DNA of 64,000 bases from an uncultured Erysipelotrichaceae bacterium (lineage in GTDB: Bacteria > Bacillota_I > Bacilli_A > RFN20 > CAG-826): positions 34,166-98,165 of the forward strand of contig OMVV01000004.1 in the NCBI GenBank assembly GCA_900314585.1. Direction: 5' to 3'. Shown in pieces: positions 26,346-34,077 of the stretch. The notes beneath the pieces are model-generated. The model was not told the origin of the DNA, searched no databases, and was given only the letters and a program-made list of their open reading frames with translations. A program made the position numbers and the translations under genes. Position 1 is the stretch's first letter. Each line of letters starts with the position of its first letter.

Positions 26346-28070
26346 TTATTCTTCGATTTTAATCCCGAGATCTTTGAGTTGATCTTCATCAACTTTTTGG
26401 GGAGCTGATGACATTGGACAAACGGCTTTGAGGTTCTTTGGGAAGGCGATGACATCACGGATATTATCTGTGCCGCAGACAATCATCGATAATCTTTCAA
26501 GACCGAAGGCGATACCTCCATGAGGAGGAGTGCCATATTCAAACGCTTTGATGAAGTAACCGAATTTGCGAACGATATCTTCATCGCTAAAGCCAAGGAT
26601 ATTGAAGACTTTGTTTTGCATATCTTGGTCGTAAATACGAAGAGATCCACCACCTGCTTCATAGCCATTTATGACTATGTCATATGCCGCTGATAACACT
26701 TTGCTTGGATCGCTATCTAAATATTTTGCGGTCTCAGGTGTTGGGCGGGTGAATGGGTGATGAAGTGGCTTATATGAGCCATCGTTAAGATCCTTTTCAA
26801 ATAATGGAAAATCAACGACCCAAAGTAAATCGTAGGTATTTGGTTTAATATAACCAAGTTTGCGGGCGTATTGATTGCGTAAAGCGCCTAAAGCAAAGCA
26901 AACAGGATCATGTTTACCTGCTAAGACGAGAATTAAGTCGCCTTTAGAAGCAGAAACCTTGCTAACAAGTTTACTAACTTGTTCTTCATTCATAAATTTA
27001 AGTAATGAAGATTCCACACCAGTGTCGAGGACTTTATAAACTCCGATACCACCGAAACCAAATTTCTTGGCTTCGAGAGTTAAATTATCGATGACTTTTC
27101 GTGATGTTTCTCCAGCAACACCTGGAATAACTAAAGCTTTGATGCATTCAGCTTCCTTATAAGAGTTAAATTCAGTGGATTTTAAAACATCAGTTACATC
27201 TTTAAGATGTAGTTCGAAACGAGTGTCTGGTTTATCACTACCATAGACATCCACTGCTTCAGCATATGGCATTCTACGAAGTGGAGTCTTAATATCGACA
27301 CCATTGATTTCTTTAAACACTCTTTTTAAGAAACCTTCCATGATTGTTAGGATTTGATCTTGATCAAGGAATGACATTTCTAAGTCGATTTGAGTGAATT
27401 CTGGTTGTCGATCTTGACGAAGGTCTTCATCACGGAAACAACGAGCGATTTGATAATATCTTTCAAATCCACCAATCATTAAAAGTTGTTTAAATAATTG
27501 TGGAGATTGTGGAAGAGCATAAAATGCTCCGTGTGTAATTCGAGATGGAACAATATAGTCTCTAGCGCCTTCTGGAGTTGATAAAGTTAGACATGGAGTT
27601 TCAACTTCAATGAAGCCATTTTTATCAAAATAGTCGTGAGCGATTGAGACGATCTTTGCTCTTTTACGTAAATTAGCTTGTAAAGATGGACGACGTAAAT
27701 CTAAATATCTATATTTAAGACGTAAATCTTCTAGAGCATCAGTTTCATCAGCGATGATCATTGGGGTTGTTTTAGCTTTGCTAAGAACCTTGATTTGACT
27801 CGCGATAACTTCGATCTTGCCAGTTTTAAGATTCTTGTTCTCAACATCTTTCTTCGCGACTTTACCTTTCACGGAGATGACGTATTCATTTTTAACTTCA
27901 GGAACATTTACTCCTTCATTAACAGTGATTTGGACGATTCCACTGCGATCACGAAGATCGATAAATAGAAGAGAACCGAGATTACGCTTTTTTGCGACCC
28001 AGCCAACAAGGATAACTTCCTGGCCAACATTATCTAAAGATAATTCAGCGTTATAGCAACTTCTTTCCAT
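26346..28070 (-). CDS. aspS: Aspartate--tRNA ligase
   Basis: Class IIb motifs (FRDEDLR.DRQPEFTQ.D.E; GGG.IRI; GIAFGLERL). The ATG at 28070 has an AAGGAG RBS, so the track's 14 extra codons overlap hisS. Confidence 0.95.
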   Translation of the reverse strand: MERSCYNAELSLDNVGQEVILVGWVAKKRNLGSLLFIDLRDRSGIVQITVNEGVNVPEVKNEYVISVKGKVAKKDVENKNLKTGKIEVIASQIKVLSKAKTTPMIIADETDALEDLRLKYRYLDLRRPSLQANLRKRAKIVSIAHDYFDKNGFIEVETPCLTLSTPEGARDYIVPSRITHGAFYALPQSPQLFKQLLMIGGFERYYQIARCFRDEDLRQDRQPEFTQIDLEMSFLDQDQILTIMEGFLKRVFKEINGVDIKTPLRRMPYAEAVDVYGSDKPDTRFELHLKDVTDVLKSTEFNSYKEAECIKALVIPGVAGETSRKVIDNLTLEAKKFGFGGIGVYKVLDTGVESSLLKFMNEEQVSKLVSKVSASKGDLILVLAGKHDPVCFALGALRNQYARKLGYIKPNTYDLLWVVDFPLFEKDLNDGSYKPLHHPFTRPTPETAKYLDSDPSKVLSAAYDIVINGYEAGGGSLRIYDQDMQNKVFNILGFSDEDIVRKFGYFIKAFEYGTPPHGGIAFGLERLSMIVCGTDNIRDVIAFPKNLKAVCPMSSAPQKVDEDQLKDLGIKIEE

Positions 28071-28071
28071 C

Positions 28072-29379
28072 TTAAAATTCTCCTTCTTGAGCTTCATCGG
28101 CTCGATATTCATTAATCATGGTTGTTAAGACACGGACCATATCATCAAGTTTAATTGATGTTTGTTCTTGGGATTTTAAGTTCTTGACGGTCACTTGACC
28201 TTTCAAGACTTCGTCTTCACCGATGATAAGAGCGAACTTTGCGTTCTTTCTCACCGCAGTTTTAAGAAGTGATTTCATCGAGCGAACTTCATAATTGGTT
28301 TCAACGACAAAGCCGTTTGAACGAAGAAGTTCACAAAGTGAAAAGTTCTTATCGATGATTTCTTGGCTCATGCCCATCACATATAGATCTGGTCCATATT
28401 TGAATGATTCTTTGGTAGTGTGCGAATAAACATATGCTAAACGTTCAATGCCAAAGGCTAAACCAACACCTTCGAGATCTGGTCCGCCGATTTCTTTAAG
28501 TAAATTGGCGTAGTGACCACCGCCACCGAGAGCGCCGACATTATCTAAACCTTCGACTTTGTCGACGTGATATTCAAAGACGACACCGGTGTAATAATCT
28601 AAACCACGAACTAAGTTATCATCTTGAATGACTTCGATATCAATTTCTTTCAATAAAGAAACAACGTTATTTAAATACATCTTTGCTTCAGTAGAAAGAT
28701 AATCGGACATCTTTGGAGCGTTCTTAATGATTTGTTGATCTTCTTCAACTTTACAATCGAGGATGCGAAGTGGATTTACTTCGTAACGACGTTTACAATC
28801 TGCGCACATCTTATCGATATGTTTAGCGAAATATTTCTTAAGTGCTTCGCGGTAATTTTTTCTAGATTCTTCATCTCCTAAGGAATTGATATAGACTTTG
28901 ACATTTTGGATACCAAGCATATAAAGGATGCGATATCCAAGGGAAATAACCTCAGCGTCTTGAAGATATGTAGGTGCACCGATAGCTTCGACACCGAATT
29001 GCGAAAATTGACGGTATCTACCCGCTTGTGGACGTTCATATCTAAAGCAAGGGCCTAAGTAATAATATTTGAGTGGTAAATCATTGGTGGCATAAAGCTT
29101 ATTGGTGACAATGCTACGCATAATGCCAGCAGTTAACTCTGGACGAAGGGTGATTGAACGATCACCTTTATCAAAAAATGTGTACATTTCTTTGTTGACG
29201 ATGTCACTGCTTTCACCAACGCCACGAACAAATAAATTTGTGTGTTCAATAATTGGGGTGCGAATCTCTTGATAGTTAAATAAATTCGCTAAAAAGATAC
29301 AATGTGCTTCGACACTACGATAAAGATTTGCTTCTTCATCATATAAGTCGTGGGTGCCTTTAACTGGGTATATTTCCAT
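28072..29379 (-). CDS. hisS: Histidine--tRNA ligase
   Basis: GTHD, CFRYERPQAGRYRQF, GGGHYANL, GLAFGIERL motifs. Confidence 0.95.
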   Translation of the reverse strand: MEIYPVKGTHDLYDEEANLYRSVEAHCIFLANLFNYQEIRTPIIEHTNLFVRGVGESSDIVNKEMYTFFDKGDRSITLRPELTAGIMRSIVTNKLYATNDLPLKYYYLGPCFRYERPQAGRYRQFSQFGVEAIGAPTYLQDAEVISLGYRILYMLGIQNVKVYINSLGDEESRKNYREALKKYFAKHIDKMCADCKRRYEVNPLRILDCKVEEDQQIIKNAPKMSDYLSTEAKMYLNNVVSLLKEIDIEVIQDDNLVRGLDYYTGVVFEYHVDKVEGLDNVGALGGGGHYANLLKEIGGPDLEGVGLAFGIERLAYVYSHTTKESFKYGPDLYVMGMSQEIIDKNFSLCELLRSNGFVVETNYEVRSMKSLLKTAVRKNAKFALIIGEDEVLKGQVTVKNLKSQEQTSIKLDDMVRVLTTMINEYRADEAQEGEF

Positions 29380-29470
29380 ATAAAAATACTCCTAAAATAA
29401 TCAATGACATTATAGTTTATATTAACTATAAGTTCAAATGATTAATTTAAAAGTAATAAAATATGATACT

Positions 29471-31669
29471 TTAGTGAGTGACACGAGAGATTTCATAGAC
29501 GCCTTTAAGGCCACTGATCGCGTTGATTGTGTCTTGTAAAGCATCAGCTCCAGAGACATAAATCGTAACAGCAATCGTTGTAGTTAAAGTTTGGGGATGC
29601 AAAGTCGCATTTAAAGCTGTAACAGACACTTTCTTTTGGGCGAAAACTTGCATCATTTCAACGACTAAATTTGGTCGGTCATGACATTCGATTTTTAAAT
29701 CGGCTGGATAAGTTGATTCTTTAAGATTATCTTTCCAGAATACTTCGATTAGTCGCTTCTTTTCGTTAGCGATATTTGGACAATCTTTGCGGTGAATTGT
29801 CACCCCTTTACCTTTGGTAATATAGCCAACAATTTCATCTCCTGGGATTGGGGTGCAGCAATTGCCTAAAGTGATCGCAATCTTACCTGCTCCTGGAATA
29901 TAAATTGGTGAATCATCATGATCTTTAGTGACTTTTTCGATGTTGAGATATTCTTGAACTGGTCGCTTTAAATTGAGGAAATCAATGATCGCTCCTGGGG
30001 TTGGGTTTTTCGCAGCGACTTTGATATATAACTCATCAACATTGTCGACGTTATAGTTATTCAAAACTGAGTGAGATGAGATAAGTTTTTCCATCTCGCT
30101 TTCGGAGATATTGTATGACTTGAACGCTTCGACACAACTATTTTTGCCTTTGGCAATTATGTCATCTTTCATAAATTCAGCGTTTTTCTTAGCTAAAAAT
30201 TTACGAATATGGTTTTTAGCAAAGTTAGTCGTAACGATATTGAGCCAATCTTTATTTGGTCCCGGGGAAGATTTCGAAGTTTTGATTTCAACGATATCAC
30301 CGGTCTTTAAAACAGTGTTTAGAGGCACCATAACGTTGTTGACGATTGCCCCTACTGCTTTTTCAGCGACACCAGTGTGAATCTTATAAGCGAAATCAAG
30401 GGGAGTTGCTCCGCTAGGAAGATTGATTACTTTACCCATAGGTGTAAAGACATAGACATTTGCTTCAAAAATATCATGGGAAAGAGACGACATATATTCT
30501 TTCGCATCGACATCTTTGTTTTCGGAAATATTGACGAAATCGCGGAGCCAATAAAGTTTCTCTTCGATTTCCTTTTGTTCTTTCTTTGGATCGTACTTAG
30601 AACCTTCTTTATATCGCCAATGGGCTGCGATACCGCTTTCGGCGGTTTCATCCATTTCCTTCGTTCTAATTTGGACTTCAAAGGTATTGCCATTTCCATC
30701 CAAGATGCAAGTATGTAAAGATTGGTACATATTTGGTTTTGGAGTGGCGATATAGTCTTTGAATCTTCCTAACACTGGAGTGTAAGTCGCGTGGATTATA
30801 CCAAGGATTTCATAACAGTTAAGTTCGGTTTCAGTGATGATACGTAACGCCAAAATATCAAAGATTTCTTCGAACTTATGGTTCTTTTTATAAATTTTTC
30901 GATAAATCGAATAGATTGATTTAACTCTTGCTTTAAGTTCAAAAGGAATGCCGCGTTTAAATAAGTCATCAGCAATTTTCTTCGAGAATGTTTCAAGTGA
31001 CTTCAATGCATTTTTAACTTTGGAATCAACTTGACGGACGATTTCTTCATATTTTTCAGGCTCAAGATATTTAAGCGATAAATCTTCAAGCTCTGATTTA
31101 AGGGAATTCATACCAAGTCTATGAGCGATTGGAACGAACACTTCGAGGGTTTCTCGTGCAAGCACGAGTTGTCTATCTCTTGATAAGGAAGACAAAGTTC
31201 TCATATTGTGAAGTCTATCTGCAAGTTTAATGACGATGACACGGACGTCTTTTGCCATTCCAAGGAAGATTTTGCGATGATCTTCGTAAACGAATTCTTC
31301 TTCACTTCGATGGGAAAGTTTAAGACGTTGAATCTTTGTTAATGAATCAACAAGGTTCATGACGTCATCGCCAAATTCTTTTTTGATTTGCTCTAATGTA
31401 ACGTCTGTATCTTCAACTGTGTCATGAAGTAAACCGGCGATCAACGTGGATGGTCCGCATTGAAGAGTTGTTAATATATAACAAACCTCGATTAAATGAT
31501 GGATATAAGGTTCACCAGATTTTCTGGTTTGACCTTCATGAGCTTTACATGCGAAAAGATAAGCCTTTTCAATACTTTGACGCGATTTTGTATCGTGTAT
31601 ATAGACAAAGTATTGTTCTTTGACTTCATCAAAGGTATGTAACTTGTATTGATCCTTTGTCTCGCTCAT
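29471..31669 (-). CDS. relA: Bifunctional (p)ppGpp synthetase/hydrolase (long RSH)
   Basis: HD hydrolase domain (HDTVEDT), synthetase domain (YQSLHT..EVQIRT), TGS and ACT-like C-terminus. I prefer the ATG at 31669 over the TTG at 31675. Confidence 0.9.
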   Translation of the reverse strand: MSETKDQYKLHTFDEVKEQYFVYIHDTKSRQSIEKAYLFACKAHEGQTRKSGEPYIHHLIEVCYILTTLQCGPSTLIAGLLHDTVEDTDVTLEQIKKEFGDDVMNLVDSLTKIQRLKLSHRSEEEFVYEDHRKIFLGMAKDVRVIVIKLADRLHNMRTLSSLSRDRQLVLARETLEVFVPIAHRLGMNSLKSELEDLSLKYLEPEKYEEIVRQVDSKVKNALKSLETFSKKIADDLFKRGIPFELKARVKSIYSIYRKIYKKNHKFEEIFDILALRIITETELNCYEILGIIHATYTPVLGRFKDYIATPKPNMYQSLHTCILDGNGNTFEVQIRTKEMDETAESGIAAHWRYKEGSKYDPKKEQKEIEEKLYWLRDFVNISENKDVDAKEYMSSLSHDIFEANVYVFTPMGKVINLPSGATPLDFAYKIHTGVAEKAVGAIVNNVMVPLNTVLKTGDIVEIKTSKSSPGPNKDWLNIVTTNFAKNHIRKFLAKKNAEFMKDDIIAKGKNSCVEAFKSYNISESEMEKLISSHSVLNNYNVDNVDELYIKVAAKNPTPGAIIDFLNLKRPVQEYLNIEKVTKDHDDSPIYIPGAGKIAITLGNCCTPIPGDEIVGYITKGKGVTIHRKDCPNIANEKKRLIEVFWKDNLKESTYPADLKIECHDRPNLVVEMMQVFAQKKVSVTALNATLHPQTLTTTIAVTIYVSGADALQDTINAISGLKGVYEISRVTH

Positions 31670-31678
31670 ATACAATTC

Positions 31679-32419
31679 TTATTCTTCAATTGGTTCCCAA
31701 AGGTGAGAAATATAGTTATCGAAGAAATAGTTGTTGGTACAAGCTGAGAATGATTCATACTTTTGATATGTCGCTAAAGCGACAGGATTTGTACCATGGG
31801 TGTTTGTCCATTCAGTGACATTTGTGCAAATATCAAATGAATTCACGCCATCAGAATAAGTTTTTAAGAAGGTCCAACCTTTGTAATCAGACGAGAGGTT
31901 TTCCACTGCTCTTAATGAGGTATATTTACCATCTTGGTAAACTTCGAGATAACAACCATCGTAAGTTGTGTATTTGCCACCACCAATGATTTGAATATCG
32001 AAGTGAGTATCATCGGTATATGTACATCTAACTTTAACCGCATCAGCAACTTGATCAGATGTTGTTAAATAATATGGATATTCACCCTTTTCATCACGAT
32101 GATGATCACCATTCATGAAGATGTTCTTATCAAGTTCTGCTTGATAAATACCATAAATATAGTCCTTACCGTCGACTGGCGCAGTCATCACGCGGCGATA
32201 GCCTTGATATGTTTCTGGACCTGGAGAAGGTGGCTCGATTGGTGAAACTGTTGGATCGGTTGGAACGGTTGGGGTTCCAGTGTGTGTAGACGCTGTTGTT
32301 CCGCTGGACTTTTGTGATGTTTCTGTCGTGGATTTTTTCTTTTTAGATCCACCGCCAGAAGATGTACAGCTAACAAGAGCAACTGCCATTAAGGGAATAA
32401 AGATTAAGCTTTTTTTCAT
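31679..32419 (-). CDS. Lipoprotein of unknown function (island gene 4; 'module B' type)
   Basis: MKKSLIFIPLMAVALVS-C lipobox, then TSSGGGSKKKKS and a Thr/Pro-rich linker, then a ~175-aa Tyr/Cys-rich body. Its stop lies 9 nt before the relA ATG. Confidence 0.8.
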   Translation of the reverse strand: MKKSLIFIPLMAVALVSCTSSGGGSKKKKSTTETSQKSSGTTASTHTGTPTVPTDPTVSPIEPPSPGPETYQGYRRVMTAPVDGKDYIYGIYQAELDKNIFMNGDHHRDEKGEYPYYLTTSDQVADAVKVRCTYTDDTHFDIQIIGGGKYTTYDGCYLEVYQDGKYTSLRAVENLSSDYKGWTFLKTYSDGVNSFDICTNVTEWTNTHGTNPVALATYQKYESFSACTNNYFFDNYISHLWEPIEE

Positions 32420-32443
32420 AATAAAACTTCCTTTTACACAACA

Positions 32444-32472
32444 ATTATAAAAACAAATACCTTTTATTTCAA
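32444..32472 (-). promoter_or_regulatory. Sigma-70-type promoter for lipoprotein gene 31679-32419 (and probably relA)
   Basis: On the minus strand TTGAAA-17 nt-TATAAT, followed by an AAAAGGAAG RBS before the ATG. Confidence 0.6.
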
Positions 32473-32473
32473 A

Positions 32474-32500
32474 TAAAAAAGGTAAGGAGTAATCCCTACC
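32474..32500 (-). terminator. Intrinsic terminator after lipoprotein gene 32520-33236
   Basis: On the minus strand GGTAGGG-attac-TCCTTACC followed by TTTTTT. Confidence 0.65.
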
Positions 32501-32519
32501 TTCTTAATAAATGAGGTTA

Positions 32520-33236
32520 TTAAGCCTTGAAATGAAGTGACACAATGTAGACTGCGAAGATATTAGTATTACTGATAACAAAGTCGCCTTCTGCAGTTGC
32601 ATTGACTGGGATTTCAACGGTGTGAAGATTCCAGTTAGCATCATAGTCAGAAACAACTGATGTCGAAGTGCCTGGAACAGTAATTGCGCCATTACCAAAG
32701 GTAAGTGTACCAATTTGGGTGTCAGTCCATCCATGGCTTTTCTCGATTAAAATTTTTGCTTCGATTGAACCAACAGCTTTAATGCTAGAAATGGTCATAA
32801 CACCTGGATCTCTGCTCTTTGAACCACTGAATTGGAAAGCATACGCTTTTTCAGAACCAGTATGGCTATCACCGGCTGGGTTATCAGTAATCAAAACATC
32901 GTGGAAATTGATGTTTGTACCTTCAACAGCATGATCGCCTTCATAAGCTGCATAGCCTTTTGAATTTGGATCATACATTGATTCAGCTTCAAGTAACCAT
33001 GGAACATCATGAGCTTGTCCTGGAGTAGGAGCGACAGAACTTGATGATGATGATGATTTACTTCCGCTTGAACCAGAGGATCCGCTTGATTGGGAACCAC
33101 TACTCTTACTTGGATCAGAAGTCACACTTGTGGTTTGGCCAGAAGATGATTTCTTCTTTTTAGAACCACCACCAGTTGAAGTACAAGCTGTAACTGCTAA
33201 AGCAAACAAAGGTAATAGGATTAGTCCTTTTTTCAT
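32520..33236 (-). CDS. Lipoprotein of unknown function (island gene 3; 'module A' type)
   Basis: MKKGLILLPLFALAVTA-C lipobox, TSTGGGSKKKKS, a long Ser/Gly linker, then a ~160-aa beta-rich body ending VYIVSLHF. Paralog of 33370-34077. Confidence 0.8.
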   Translation of the reverse strand: MKKGLILLPLFALAVTACTSTGGGSKKKKSSSGQTTSVTSDPSKSSGSQSSGSSGSSGSKSSSSSSSVAPTPGQAHDVPWLLEAESMYDPNSKGYAAYEGDHAVEGTNINFHDVLITDNPAGDSHTGSEKAYAFQFSGSKSRDPGVMTISSIKAVGSIEAKILIEKSHGWTDTQIGTLTFGNGAITVPGTSTSVVSDYDANWNLHTVEIPVNATAEGDFVISNTNIFAVYIVSLHFKA

Positions 33237-33369
33237 TTATTAATCTCCTTTCCTATCTAGGAAATTAAATGAAATCGTACGTTTTTCACTTAAATTCCGT
33301 AACTATATTATATATAAATAAAAATGTTATTGATACTAAATAACTAAAAAATGAAATTGAAATAAGTAT

Positions 33370-34077
33370 TTATTCGAAGTGAATAGATTGGATATACATT
33401 GAAAACTTGCTCTCATTTAAAAGGGTGAGAGTAGTCGCTTCAGATGCGTTGATCGAATATTCAAAATCGTAGACGTTGAATTCTTCGTTTACAGCGGATG
33501 GAAATGATGTGAGTAAAGTTGGCGCTTCAACGCGGTCATCTTTCCCTAAATAAATAGTTGGAGGATAGTCCATGTGATAGCTATTTTTACTATGAGTAAC
33601 TAGTTCTAGAACAAGTTTTGTAGGTTTTATTGAAGAGATTTGAAGCTGTCCTCCATCAGGCCACGATTCGTGGTTTTTCTTACACAAATGGATGATCTGA
33701 AAACCTTTATATTGAATCAGACTACCATTGATATTAACGGCGATTTCTTTGACTGCTCGCATGCCATAAGCGTAGACATTCGTTCCATCGATGTCATAAG
33801 TTTTATGATAGGCAGCATAGCCAAGCGATTCGGAAGGATCTTTGAAATTTTCGTAGTCAAGATCCCACGGCAAAGAATGTTCTGCACCTTGTTCAACGAC
33901 ATCCGCTCTTGAAGGGCCAGTAGTTGACGAGGTTGTTTTACTTGATGAAGATGCAGAAGTTATCTCAGTGTTTTCGCTAGTTTGTCCACTACTATTTTTC
34001 TTCTTTGAAGAACCTTGTCCAGAACAACTTGCAACACTAAGGGTGACTAACAATAAAATTAACCAACTTTTTTTCAT
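33370..34077 (-). CDS. Lipoprotein of unknown function (island gene 2; 'module A' type)
   Basis: MKKSWLILLLVTLSVAS-C lipobox, SGQGSSKKKNS, Ser/Thr linker, body ending MYIQSIHF. Its start overlaps the stop of the upstream gene (TAATG). Confidence 0.8.
   Translation of the reverse strand: MKKSWLILLLVTLSVASCSGQGSSKKKNSSGQTSENTEITSASSSSKTTSSTTGPSRADVVEQGAEHSLPWDLDYENFKDPSESLGYAAYHKTYDIDGTNVYAYGMRAVKEIAVNINGSLIQYKGFQIIHLCKKNHESWPDGGQLQISSIKPTKLVLELVTHSKNSYHMDYPPTIYLGKDDRVEAPTLLTSFPSAVNEEFNVYDFEYSINASEATTLTLLNESKFSMYIQSIHFE

Noticed and set aside
32188-33912. Several 60-90-aa ORFs inside the lipoprotein genes (32188-32382, 32504-32734, 32668-32934, 32891-33100, 33640-33912, 33717-33902)
   Set aside because: They are alternative-frame or antisense shadows of longer ORFs that have signal peptides and RBSs. 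They show no independent start signals.
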